From Gaiellaceae bacterium (GTDB taxonomy: Bacteria > Actinomycetota > Thermoleophilia > Gaiellales > Gaiellaceae): a DNA stretch of 39,285 nucleotides. Below the pieces are notes generated by a model, which saw only the letters and a program-made list of their open reading frames with translations, was not told where the DNA came from and searched no databases. This document shows positions 8,029 to 16,113 of the stretch, piece after piece (within the stretch, counting starts at the first letter, position 1; every line of letters begins with the position of its first letter). The stretch spans positions 1 through 39,285 of the forward strand of contig JAWVDY010000138.1 in NCBI GenBank assembly GCA_033856995.1. The letters are read 5' to 3'. The position numbers and the translations under genes are program-made.

Positions 8029-8437
8029 TTAGTCGAACGGCAGGCGTTTCCTGCCCGCGAAGCCCTCGTCGAGGCCGTGCCAGTGGGCGACCTCGTCCTC
8101 GCCGACGTGCCAGCAGAGGAGCACCTCTTCCCCGTCGTGCAGGGCTGGGAAGTCGACGAGCCCGCGGTCGAGGTCCTTCACCTGCACCCGGATCCGCTCG
8201 AGCTCTTCGACTGCGCGCGCCACCGCGTCGGCCTCGCGCTCGAGCTGGGCCTCCAGCTCGCTCGGCTCCTGGGGATCGAAGTCGCCCGCCGTTGCCGGAG
8301 ATCCGCGCGGTCAAGCTCGCGCGGCGAGCGGCGGTGACCGTAAGTGCGCGCCGGTGCCCGACGAGCGCCTCGGCCACCGGGCGCACCTGCGCAAGCAGCT
8401 CATTCGCCTCCTCGGGCGTGAAGTGCCGCTCGGACAT
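8029..8437 (-). pseudogene. DUF2203 family gene interrupted by an apparent 1-nt frameshift near 8284-8291 (true pseudogene or assembly error)
   Basis: The N-terminus MSERHFTPEEANELLAQVRPVAEALVGHRRAL...ISGNGG is in the frame starting at 8437. The C-terminus DFDPQEPSELEAQLEREADAVARAVEELERIRVQVKDLDRGLVDFPALHDGEEVLLCWHVGEDEVAHWHGLDEGFAGRKRLPFD is in another frame ending at 8029. Total length is 409 nt (3n+1). The switch occurs within GGCGGGCGAC. Confidence 0.6.
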
Positions 8438-8442
8438 CCGAG

Positions 8443-8448
8443 TATCAT
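8443..8448 (+). promoter_or_regulatory. Candidate -10 hexamer TATCAT, 8 nt upstream of GTG 8457 (leaderless-type geometry)
   Basis: The sequence reads gaGTATCATcgcgcgccGTG. It fits TAnnnT, and there is no SD before the GTG. Confidence 0.3.
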
Positions 8449-8456
8449 CGCGCGCC

Positions 8457-9707
8457 GTGGCCGCCGGTCAACGCGTGCGCTCGCCGAAGCGGACGGTACG
8501 CCGCGAGCTACGGCTGCCGCGCGCGGGTAACCCCGCGCCCGAGATCTTCCTCTGGACCCGGGCGGCGATCTGGGGTGCCGCGCTCTTCTCGCTCTTCGTC
8601 TTCGTCCCGAACCGCCACCCGCGCGCAGGCGTCTGGGACGACCCGTCGCTGACGCACGACCTCGGCGCGGTCACCGACGTCTGGGCCCGTTGGGACAGCG
8701 TCTGGTTCCTGCGCATCGCCAAGCACGGCTACGACTCGGCCTCGGGCGCGGCGTCCGCCTTCTACCCGCTCTACCCCGGTGCCGTCGGCGCGCTCGGACG
8801 CGTGCTCTTCGGTCACTACGTCGTCGCAGGCATCCTCATCTCGCTGGCAGCCGCCTTCGGGTCGTTCCTGCTCCTGCACCGGATCGCCGAGGAACGGCTC
8901 GGCGCCGACGGAGCCCGGCGGGCGGTGCTCTATCTCGCCGTGTTTCCGTTCGCGTTCTTCCTGCAGGCCGTCTACAGCGAGTCTCTCTACCTGCTCCTGA
9001 CCCTCGCGGCGTTCGTGCTCGCCGAGCGCGGTCGCTTCCTCACGGCGGGCGCCGTGACCGGGCTCGCGCTGCTGACCCGCCCGACCGCGGCGGCGCTGCT
9101 GCCGGCGCTCGCGCTGCTCGCATGGCGCTCGCGAGACCGGCTGCGGTCGCTCGCGTCCCTGGCGGTCGCGCCGGTGCTCTTCGCGGCCTACCCGCTCTAC
9201 CTCTGGCGGGCCGACGGCGATCCATGGGCGTTCGTCCGCGCCCAGCGCCACTGGAGCCGCCACCTGTCGCCGGCCGGGCCGCTCGGCGGGACCTGGGACG
9301 GGCTCCGCGCCGGGTGGGCCGCAATCGAGCAGCTGGCCTCCGGATCGCATACGCACGCGTACTGGACGCCTGTGCAGGACGCCGATCCGATCCGGGTCGC
9401 GACGCTCAACCTCCAGACGCTCGCGTTCCTCGTGCTGTTCGCCGCGCTGACGGCGATCGCGTGGCGGCGCTTCGGCGCGCCCTACGGGCTCTTCGCGACC
9501 GTGAGCCTCGCGATCCCGCTGAGCGTGCCGAGCGAGCGCTGGCCGCTCCTATCGCTCCCGCGCTTCGGGCTGACGATCTTCCCGCTCTTCCTCGCGCTCG
9601 CCTCGGTCGGCGGAAGGCCGCGCGCGCACACTGCGATCGTCGCGGTGAGCTCGCTCCTGCTAGGAGTCTCGGTCGTGCAGTGGGCGTTGTGGCAGTGGGT
9701 CGCGTGA
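8457..9707 (+). CDS. PIG-V-like (GT76-type) polytopic membrane mannosyltransferase family protein
   Basis: RWDSVWFLRIAKHGYDSASGAASAFYPLYPGAVGAL matches the WD..WF..IA..GY...FFPLYP signature of Mannosyl_trans2-like GT-C proteins, and about 9 TM helices follow. The track ORF begins at 8292, antisense to DUF2203. In-frame GTG 8457 is preferred, with GTG 8475 as an alternative. Confidence 0.65.
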   Translation: MAAGQRVRSPKRTVRRELRLPRAGNPAPEIFLWTRAAIWGAALFSLFVFVPNRHPRAGVWDDPSLTHDLGAVTDVWARWDSVWFLRIAKHGYDSASGAASAFYPLYPGAVGALGRVLFGHYVVAGILISLAAAFGSFLLLHRIAEERLGADGARRAVLYLAVFPFAFFLQAVYSESLYLLLTLAAFVLAERGRFLTAGAVTGLALLTRPTAAALLPALALLAWRSRDRLRSLASLAVAPVLFAAYPLYLWRADGDPWAFVRAQRHWSRHLSPAGPLGGTWDGLRAGWAAIEQLASGSHTHAYWTPVQDADPIRVATLNLQTLAFLVLFAALTAIAWRRFGAPYGLFATVSLAIPLSVPSERWPLLSLPRFGLTIFPLFLALASVGGRPRAHTAIVAVSSLLLGVSVVQWALWQWVA

Positions 9708-10564
9708 AAGTCGCGCTCGTCGCGGCGGGCGCCGTGGTGCTTCTGGCCGGCACCGCTTGCGGCGAGAGGAGCGAGCCGACCGGCGCGCTCCCGCAGAGCT
9801 TCCCCGTCACGGTGCAGGGCGGAGGCGACCACCCGACCGTCGTGCGCGCCGCGCCCAGGCGGATCGTCCCGGTCGGCGCGGGGCCGCGGCAGATCCTCGA
9901 GTCGCTTGGCCTCGGCAAGCGGATCGTGACGGTGAACGACACCCTCGTCGGCCTTCCACTGGTCGGCGCGATCCGCCGGGCGCGGCCCGACCTGATCGTC
10001 GCATCGAGTGGCACCGATCCGCTCGACCTCGCGCGCGCCGGCAGCGCGACGCGGGCACCTGAGTACGTCGAGCCGAGCAGCACGCTCGACGACGTCGTGC
10101 AGGCGATCGGCGAGATCGGGCTCGTGACCGGCCGACAGCTCGAGGCGAGGCGGCGGACGGCAGCGATCGAAGCGAAGCGGCACGCGGTCGTGGCGAAGCT
10201 CGCCGGCTCGAAGGTGGTCACGGTCTTCGTCGACGACGGCGACTTCTCGACGATCTCGACTCACAGCCTGCTCGGCGACCTGATCACGGAGGCTCGCGGC
10301 CGAAGCGTCGCGGGCGGGAGCCCGGAGCAGGGACCCTTCCCACTCAGCCGGCTGGTCCAGCTCGACCCAGACGTCTACCTCGCGACAGCCGCCAGCGGCC
10401 GGACGCTGCGCCAGTTGCGTTCGCTGCCGGAGACGAAGCGGCTGCGCGCCGTGCGCAGCGGCCGGTTCGCCGTCGTTCCGGCCGACGCCGGGATCGCCGG
10501 CACGCAGGTCGCCGGCGCACTCGAGGAGCTCGCGCGGATCCTGCACCCCGACGTGACCCGCTGA
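9704..10564 (+). CDS. TroA/BtuF-like periplasmic binding protein (ABC-type substrate-binding lipoprotein), orphan
   Basis: The signal peptide plus lipobox is VKVALVAAGAVVLLAGTAC. The PBP type 8 layout is visible: PRRIVPVGAGPRQILESLGLGKRIVTV...ARPDLIVAS...VVTVFVDDGDFSTISTHSLLGDLI...LDPDVYLA. The GTG start overlaps the upstream stop (GTGA at 9704-9707). Only the last 287 codons of track ORF 8690..10564 look coding. Confidence 0.7.
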   Translation: MKVALVAAGAVVLLAGTACGERSEPTGALPQSFPVTVQGGGDHPTVVRAAPRRIVPVGAGPRQILESLGLGKRIVTVNDTLVGLPLVGAIRRARPDLIVASSGTDPLDLARAGSATRAPEYVEPSSTLDDVVQAIGEIGLVTGRQLEARRRTAAIEAKRHAVVAKLAGSKVVTVFVDDGDFSTISTHSLLGDLITEARGRSVAGGSPEQGPFPLSRLVQLDPDVYLATAASGRTLRQLRSLPETKRLRAVRSGRFAVVPADAGIAGTQVAGALEELARILHPDVTR

Positions 10565-10568
10565 CCCG

Positions 10569-11222
10569 TTGAGGACGTACGCGCAGCGGCTGACCGGCTG
10601 GCTCGGCCTCGTCGGCGCGCTCGCGGCGCTGAACTACGCGGGCCGGTTCACCTCCGGCAAGCCGCCGCCGGACACGCTCTACCGCTACGACACGGCGATC
10701 AGTGGCGTTGTCTTCTACGCGGTGACGGGAGCAATCCTGCTCTGGGTCGCGCGTGGGCTCTCGCGCTCCGACCTCGGACTGCGGGCGCCGACCTCGTGGC
10801 GCCGCGCGCTCGGGTTCGCACTCGCAACGCTGATCGTCCTGCTCATCGTCGAGGTGGCGCTCGAGACCGTCCTGCACGCGACCCGGGAGCAGGGCCTCCA
10901 GCCGTCCCACTGGGACTCGTCCAAGGCGATGCCGTTCATCCTCAACGGCGTGGTCGTCGCGGTCATCGCGCCGATCGTCGAGGAGCTGACCTTCCGCGGA
11001 GTCGGCTTCCACCTGCTCGCGCGCTTCGGCACCGTCGCCGCGGTTGCAGGCACGGCGGCCGCCTTCGCCGCGGATCACGGGCTCGTCGAAGGGTTCCCCG
11101 CGCTTTTCGTCTTCGGGATCGCGGTCGCCCTCGTCCGCGTGCGCACGGGCAGCCTCTACCCGGGGATGCTCTTACATGCGACCTTCAATGCGCTCGCGCT
11201 CGTGGAGGCTCTCGCCCGGTAG
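10569..11222 (+). CDS. CPBP family intramembrane glutamic endopeptidase (CAAX protease-like)
   Basis: The three conserved motifs are present: PIVEELTFRGVGFHLL, AAAFAADHG and HATFNALAL. The protein is polytopic and starts at TTG. Confidence 0.8.
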   Translation: MRTYAQRLTGWLGLVGALAALNYAGRFTSGKPPPDTLYRYDTAISGVVFYAVTGAILLWVARGLSRSDLGLRAPTSWRRALGFALATLIVLLIVEVALETVLHATREQGLQPSHWDSSKAMPFILNGVVVAVIAPIVEELTFRGVGFHLLARFGTVAAVAGTAAAFAADHGLVEGFPALFVFGIAVALVRVRTGSLYPGMLLHATFNALALVEALAR

Positions 11223-11229
11223 CTCGTCT

Positions 11230-12585
11230 ATGCTCGTGAAAGTGCGGCGTGCAGCGGTCTTCCTGGCGGCCTTGGCGTTCGCACCCGCGGCGCACGCAGC
11301 GGCCCCTGCCGTAAGTGCGCTAGCCGCGCCTTCGACCGGAGCCGCGCCGCTTCCGGTGACGCTTTCGGCCACCGGCGACCTCGCGACCTATCACTGGGAT
11401 CTCGGCGACGGCGCGACCGCGGACGGCCCGGTCGTCCAGCACACGTACGGAGCCGGCCGCTTCACCGCTCGCGTGACCGCCACCAACGTGCTCGGCGAGA
11501 CCTCGCAGGCCACGGTGACGGTAACCGCGACCGGGCTCAGCCTCTCCGGCCCGAAGAGTGGGCGCTACCAGCAGCTCGCGCGCTTCCACGGGCGGCTCGT
11601 CCCCGCGAGCAAAGGCGCGCGGATCGGGCTCTACCGCGGCGCGCGGCGGATCGCGACCGTCCGGGCCGAGCGCGACGGGACGTTCTTCGTCCGCGGCCGC
11701 GTCGGTACGCCCGACGCCCGCTACACCGTCCGCTACGGCGCAGCCGTCTCGAACCAGGTCGGGCTCGCCGTGCGACCGGGGCTCGACACCGCCTTCCGCG
11801 GCTCGGGTCGGGTCGGAACTCCTCTGGCGTTCGTCGTGCGCGAGCGGCCGGCTGCGGCCGGAACCGTGCGCGTCCAGGTCTGGCGCGGGCATCGCGTCGT
11901 CGCGAGGCGCTCGTTCCACGGCCGGCTCCGCCTCCGGCTGGGGACGGGGACCGCCGGCGCCTATCGCATCCGCCTGATCGTCCAGCCCGCGCCGGGCTAC
12001 CTCCCTGTGCGCCATGCGCTCGAGCGGATCGTGTTCGCGCCCAACCTCGGCCCCGGCTCGGCCGGCCCGAGCGCCTACGAGCTCGACCGCCGCCTGCACG
12101 AGCTCCACTACGCACTCGGCCGCGTCGACGGCTACTACGGCCAGGATGACATCGACGCCGTGACCGCGTTCCAGAAGCTGCACGGCCTACCGCGCACCGG
12201 CGCGGTGGACGCACGCTTCTGGCGCGAGCTGCAAAGCGCCCAGGTCCCCGACGCGCGCTACCCCGGCGACCACGTCGAGGTCAGCAAGGGCCGGCAGGTG
12301 CTCTTCCTCGTTCGCGACGGCAAGGTCGCCCTGATCGTGACCGTCTCGACCGGCGCGACCGGCAACACGCCGCTCGGACACTGGCGCGTGTACAGCAAGG
12401 TGCCGGGCTTCAACGCCAAGGAGATGTTCTACTCGTCGTTCTTCGTCGGCGGCTTCGCGATCCACGGCTACCACAGCGTCCCGGCGTACCCTGCGAGCCA
12501 CGGCTGCGTGCGCATTCCGCTGTGGGTGGCCGTTCGCGTGTACTCACTGATTGATTACGGCACCTCGATCTACCTCTACTGGTAG
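11230..12585 (+). CDS. L,D-transpeptidase (YkuD) with signal peptide, PKD domain and peptidoglycan-binding domain
   Basis: The signal peptide is MLVKVRRAAVFLAALAFAPAAHAA. The PKD domain reads PLPVTLSATGDLATYHWDLGDGATADGPVVQHTYGAGRFTARVTATNVLGE. The PG_binding_1 domain reads GYYGQDDIDAVTAFQKLHGLPRTGAVD. The YkuD catalytic motif reads GFAIHGYHSVPAYPASHGCVRIP. ATG 11230 is preferred over the track start at 11044. Confidence 0.85.
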   Translation: MLVKVRRAAVFLAALAFAPAAHAAAPAVSALAAPSTGAAPLPVTLSATGDLATYHWDLGDGATADGPVVQHTYGAGRFTARVTATNVLGETSQATVTVTATGLSLSGPKSGRYQQLARFHGRLVPASKGARIGLYRGARRIATVRAERDGTFFVRGRVGTPDARYTVRYGAAVSNQVGLAVRPGLDTAFRGSGRVGTPLAFVVRERPAAAGTVRVQVWRGHRVVARRSFHGRLRLRLGTGTAGAYRIRLIVQPAPGYLPVRHALERIVFAPNLGPGSAGPSAYELDRRLHELHYALGRVDGYYGQDDIDAVTAFQKLHGLPRTGAVDARFWRELQSAQVPDARYPGDHVEVSKGRQVLFLVRDGKVALIVTVSTGATGNTPLGHWRVYSKVPGFNAKEMFYSSFFVGGFAIHGYHSVPAYPASHGCVRIPLWVAVRVYSLIDYGTSIYLYW

Positions 12586-13045
12586 AGCGGCCGCGCTGGT
12601 CGTCGTCGCGCTCGCGGCGGCCGGCTGGCTCGTCTACACCCAGTGGTGGGGCCAGGGCGGCGGTCGCCAGGTCGCCTGGCGCGACCTGACCTCGCAGCTC
12701 GGCCCGGTCGAGTTCACGCACAAGCTGACGGCCGTCTACCATTCGCGCGCCTCGTTCCATCGCCTGCTCGAGGCCACCATGCCCAGCCGAACGCCCACCG
12801 TGCCCGCGGTCGAGTGGGCCCGCGACGAGGTGATCGTGATCGCGCTCGGCCCGCGCTCGAGCACCGGCTACTCGCTCCGGATCCTGCGGGTACTCGAGCG
12901 CCGGCGCGGGATCTACGTGACGGCTCGAGAGGAAACGCCGACGCTGAGCGATCCGGTCGCGGCCCGGGTGACGTATCCGTACCGCGCGCTTGCGATACAC
13001 GGCAGCGCTAAGCCCGTCTACGTCAAGCTGCAGGGGAGACCGTGA
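12551..13045 (+). CDS. Membrane-anchored hypothetical protein with PrcB-like C-terminal domain
   Basis: A single N-terminal TM helix (AAALVVVALAAAGWLVY) is followed by VIVIALGPRSSTGYSLRILRVLERRRGIYVTAREETP...VTYPYRALAIHGSAKPVYVKL, which resembles the PrcB_C pattern. The only in-frame canonical start is TTG 12551, which overlaps the previous gene by 35 nt. Confidence 0.45.
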   Translation: MITAPRSTSTGRAAALVVVALAAAGWLVYTQWWGQGGGRQVAWRDLTSQLGPVEFTHKLTAVYHSRASFHRLLEATMPSRTPTVPAVEWARDEVIVIALGPRSSTGYSLRILRVLERRRGIYVTAREETPTLSDPVAARVTYPYRALAIHGSAKPVYVKLQGRP

Positions 13046-13323
13046 CCGAGAACGACCCACTCATCCGCCAGCTCCGGGAGCAAATCTCCGACAACGACCG
13101 CGCGATCGTCGAGGCGATCAACGCACGGCTCAAGCTAGTCGCGCGGTTGAAGGGCTACAAGGAGTCGCGTGGACTGTCCTTTGTCGACCCGGACCGCGAG
13201 CAGTGGATGCTGCAGTACCTCGCGCGGGCGAACCGCGGGCCACTCTCGTCGGAGGGCCTGAACGAGCTGTTCGAGCAGATCCTCGCGCTCACCAAGCGCG
13301 AGGTCGAGCGGGCCGAGCCCTAG
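13042..13323 (+). CDS. Chorismate mutase, AroQ class (monofunctional, 93 aa)
   Basis: LIRQLREQISDNDRAIVEAINARLKLVARLKGYKESRGLSFVDPDREQWMLQYL...NELFEQILALTKRE is the typical CM_2 helical domain. The GTG start overlaps the upstream stop (GTGA). Confidence 0.85.
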   Translation: MTENDPLIRQLREQISDNDRAIVEAINARLKLVARLKGYKESRGLSFVDPDREQWMLQYLARANRGPLSSEGLNELFEQILALTKREVERAEP

Positions 13324-13814
13324 TCCTCGTCTGCCTCGGCGAACTCGTCCGGGGTCACGTGCTCGAGGAACTGCTTGAACTCGGTGACGATCTCCTCCTC
13401 GTTCACGTCCTCGCCCTCGAACTCGATCGCCGACTCCTCGATCACGTCCTCGGCCGCGAAGATCGGCGCCTCGGCGCGGACGGCCAGCGCGATCGCGTCC
13501 GAGGGCCGGGAGTCGATCTCGATCTCGGAGCCGTTCTGCTGCACGGTGATGCTCGCGTAGAAGGTGTTCTCCTTCAGCTCCGTCACCGTGATGCGCACGA
13601 CCTGGGCGTCGAGCTGCGCCAGCACGTCGCTGAGCAGATCGTGGGTCATCGGCCGCGGTGTCGAGGCGCCCTGCAGCTTCATCAAGATGGCCGCCGCCTC
13701 CGGGTGGCCGATCCAGATCGGCAGGAACTTGTTGCCATCGGCCGTCTTGAGCAGGACGATCGGCTGCTTTCCCACCAGATCGAAGCTGACTCCGTAGATG
13801 ACCATCTCGTGCAT
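13320..13814 (-). CDS. Bifunctional nuclease family protein (BFN/DUF151)
   Basis: PIVLLKTADGNKFLPIWIGHPEAAAILMKLQGASTPRPMTHDLL...VRITVTELKENTFYASITVQ...IDSRPSDAIALAVRAEAPIF matches the DUF151 pattern, with an acidic C-terminal tail. GAGG lies 5 nt upstream of the ATG. Confidence 0.85.
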   Translation of the reverse strand: MHEMVIYGVSFDLVGKQPIVLLKTADGNKFLPIWIGHPEAAAILMKLQGASTPRPMTHDLLSDVLAQLDAQVVRITVTELKENTFYASITVQQNGSEIEIDSRPSDAIALAVRAEAPIFAAEDVIEESAIEFEGEDVNEEEIVTEFKQFLEHVTPDEFAEADED

Positions 13815-13857
13815 CAGACCTCGTCCCCGACTTCGGTCATAGCCTCAGGGTACCGGC

Positions 13858-14040
13858 TCAAACTCCGCGCAGAGGCGGCCCATCGGTCGGCACCGGCTCG
13901 ATCTCGTCGACCGGAACCATGCAGGCCTCGCCGGTCATGGCGTCCTCGAGAAAGGCCTGCCGGTTGGGCACGCTCATGGGGTCAAGGCCACGCAGGAAGT
14001 AGCGTCGGCCCTGGTGGAGGACAAGGTCACCAATCTTCAT
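13858..14040 (-). CDS. Hypothetical small protein (60 aa; possible 76-aa form starting at 14088)
   Basis: The sequence is MKIGDLVLHQGRRYFLRGLDPMSVPNRQAFLEDAMTGEACMVPVDEIEPVPTDGPPLRGV. I recognise no family. Third-position GC is visibly lower than in neighbouring genes, with many T-ending codons. The 16 codons upstream of ATG 14040 look non-coding. Confidence 0.4.
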   Translation of the reverse strand: MKIGDLVLHQGRRYFLRGLDPMSVPNRQAFLEDAMTGEACMVPVDEIEPVPTDGPPLRGV

Positions 14041-14121
14041 AGCCGCAGTACCTGAGACGTCATCGACGCGGTTTTGGGCGGTCCACATCCCTGGTGCGGG
14101 GGCGGCTACACTGGCCGCCGC

Positions 14122-14195
14122 GGGCGATTAGCTCAGTTGGTTAGAGCGCCGCTCTGATAAGGCGGAGGTCCGTGGTTCGAATCCACGATCGCCCA
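14122..14195 (+). tRNA. tRNA-Ile (anticodon GAU), no encoded CCA
   Basis: The manual cloverleaf is GGGCGAT-TA-GCTC-AGTTGGTTA-GAGC-G-CCGCT-CTGATAA-GGCGG-AGGTC-CGTGG-TTCGAAT-CCACG-ATCGCCC-A. The acceptor, D and T stems are perfect, and the anticodon loop is CT-GAT-AA. Confidence 0.9.
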
Positions 14196-14223
14196 CTCCG
14201 CGGCGCCACCGCCCCGAGTTCCG

Positions 14224-14472
14224 CTAGTGGACGATCTCGGTGCGGTGAAGGTAGTCCTCGACCGCGAGCAGGAACTCCGGGTCGTTCGCGATCTCCGCGA
14301 GGGTGCCCTTCGTCATGTCGTCGAGGTCGGCGTCGTGGGCGAGCTCGAACAGGAAAGGGCCGATCTTGCCGGCCTGCGAGAGGGCCGACATCCGCAGGAC
14401 GAGGTCGCGCGTCACGTCGTCCTGGCTGATCGCCTCGAAGGACTCGAGGTTGTCGTGCAGCGTTCGGGGCAT
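14224..14472 (-). CDS. Hypothetical acidic small protein (82 aa)
   Basis: The sequence is MPRTLHDNLESFEAISQDDVTRDLVLRMSALSQAGKIGPFLFELAHDADLDDMTKGTLAEIANDPEFLLAVEDYLHRTEIVH. GC3 is very high and codon use is genome-typical, so it is probably translated. I recognise no family. Confidence 0.6.
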   Translation of the reverse strand: MPRTLHDNLESFEAISQDDVTRDLVLRMSALSQAGKIGPFLFELAHDADLDDMTKGTLAEIANDPEFLLAVEDYLHRTEIVH

Positions 14473-14518
14473 CGCAATGGGTCAACGGCCTGGCGACGCC
14501 TTTGGGTACGGCCGGCCG

Positions 14519-15394
14519 CTAGACGACGCGCTCGAGCACTTCGGCGAGCTCGGCGAGCTCGGTCTCGTCGGTGAAGGCGATCTCCAGCCTCCCGGAGACA
14601 ATGCGCGCGGGGAAGCCCGTTAAACGCTCGGCGGCCTTGCGCACGCGCTCGGCGAGGGCCGGGTCGACCTTCGCCACCTTGCGCGGCTTCGTCTTCGCGC
14701 CCGCCCAGCGGGCCGCGCGCTCGGCGGCACGCACCGACATCCCGCGCCTGACGATCTGGCGGGCGAGGCGCCGGCGGCCGTCGTGGTCGGGCACGGCGAG
14801 AACGGCGCGCGCGTGACCCTCGGTCAGCTCGCCGCGCTCGACGAGCCCGAGCACGTCGTCGGGAAGCTCGAGCAGACGCAGCCGGTTGGAGACGGTCGGC
14901 TTTGCCTTGCCGACGCGCTCGGCGAGATCCCCGAGCGAGAGCTCGAACTCGTCCAGCAGCAGCGCGTAGGCGCGCGCCTCCTCGACCGCCGAGAGCTCCT
15001 CGCGCGCGACGTTCTCGACGAGGCCGAGCAACAGGGTCTCGCGATCGTCGGCCTCGCGGACGAGCGCGGGCACGGTCGGGAGCCCAGCCTCGCGTGCCGC
15101 GCGCCAGCGCCGCTCGCCGGCGATCAGCTCGAAGCCGCCGGCCTCGCGCGGGCGCACGACGACCGGTTGGACGAGCCCCTGCGAGCGGATCGAGTCGGCG
15201 AGTGCCGACGTCGACTCGTGGTCGAAGCGCTTCCGCGGCTGGCGCGGGTTCGCGTGAATCGTCTCGACGGGCAGGTGCGCGAGCTCCGGCTCGCCCGGGC
15301 CGCCGACGAGCAGCTCGAGGCCGCGGCCGTGGCCGCGGCGCTTCTCAGGAACGGCCGACAAGCTCCATCGCCACCTTCCAGTAGGCGTCGGCAC
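14519..15394 (-). CDS. parB: Chromosome partitioning protein ParB (Spo0J)
   Basis: The conserved ParB-box and HTH region is present: IHANPRQPRKRFD...LADSIRSQGLVQPVVVRP...FELIAGERRWRAAREAGLPTVPALV...LVENVAREELSAVEEARAY...LAERVGKAKPTVSNRLRLLELP. GTG 15394 overlaps parA by 50 nt, and in-frame TTG 15361 is an alternative start. Confidence 0.9.
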   Translation of the reverse strand: MPTPTGRWRWSLSAVPEKRRGHGRGLELLVGGPGEPELAHLPVETIHANPRQPRKRFDHESTSALADSIRSQGLVQPVVVRPREAGGFELIAGERRWRAAREAGLPTVPALVREADDRETLLLGLVENVAREELSAVEEARAYALLLDEFELSLGDLAERVGKAKPTVSNRLRLLELPDDVLGLVERGELTEGHARAVLAVPDHDGRRRLARQIVRRGMSVRAAERAARWAGAKTKPRKVAKVDPALAERVRKAAERLTGFPARIVSGRLEIAFTDETELAELAEVLERVV

Positions 15395-16100
15395 CGGCCG
15401 ACGCGCGGTCGTAGGCCGTCACGGGCAAGCCGTGACTGGGTGCCTCGGCCACGCGTACGGAGCGCGGAACCGAGGTGCGGAAGACGAGCTCGCCGAAGTG
15501 CCGGCGCACCTCGGCGGCCACCTCGGCGGCAAGCCGTGTGCGCCGGTCGACCATCGTCAGCAGGACCCCGCCGAGCACGAGCTTCGGGTTCAGCCGCGAG
15601 CGGACGAGCTCGACCGAGCCGACGAGCTGCGCGAGGCCCTCGAGCGCGTAGTACTCGGCCTGCACCGGGACGAGCACCCGGTCGGCCGCTGCAAGAGCGT
15701 TCACCGTCAGCGGCCCGAGCGAGGGCGGGCAGTCGACGAAGACGAAGGCGTAGTCGCTCGCAGCGTCCGTCAGTGCCTCGGCCAGATAGCGCTCCCCGTC
15801 GGAGCGCCGCGCCAGCTCGATCGCCGCCCCCGCGAGCTCCGGCTTCGACGGCACGAGGTCGAGGCGCGCGAAGCGCGTCGGCTTGGCCAGCTTCGCCAGC
15901 GGGATGCCGTCGAGCAGGTCGAGCGACGAGGTCCCGTTCGCGCGCTCGCCGAGCCCGGAGGTCGCGTTCGCCTGCGGGTCGAGGTCGACCACGAGCGTCT
16001 TCTCGCCGGCCTCCGCGAGGCAGGCCGCGAGGTTGACCGCGGTCGTCGTCTTCCCGACCCCGCCCTTTTGGTTCGCGAGCGCGTAGATCCGTCCGGACAC
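15345..16100 (-). CDS. parA: Chromosome partitioning ATPase ParA (Soj)
   Basis: The deviant Walker A is IYALANQKGGVGKTTTAVNLAA, followed by VVDLDPQANATSGLG and the remainder of the ParA fold. Confidence 0.92.
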   Translation of the reverse strand: MSGRIYALANQKGGVGKTTTAVNLAACLAEAGEKTLVVDLDPQANATSGLGERANGTSSLDLLDGIPLAKLAKPTRFARLDLVPSKPELAGAAIELARRSDGERYLAEALTDAASDYAFVFVDCPPSLGPLTVNALAAADRVLVPVQAEYYALEGLAQLVGSVELVRSRLNPKLVLGGVLLTMVDRRTRLAAEVAAEVRRHFGELVFRTSVPRSVRVAEAPSHGLPVTAYDRASAGADAYWKVAMELVGRS

Positions 16101-16113
16101 ACGGCCACGCTAG

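Noticed and set aside
7376-8437. 353-aa ORF beginning with the DUF2203 N-terminus
   Set aside because: Only the first 51 codons or so are genuine DUF2203 sequence. After the frameshift the ORF runs as an Arg-rich read-through across the MscS gene in the wrong frame.
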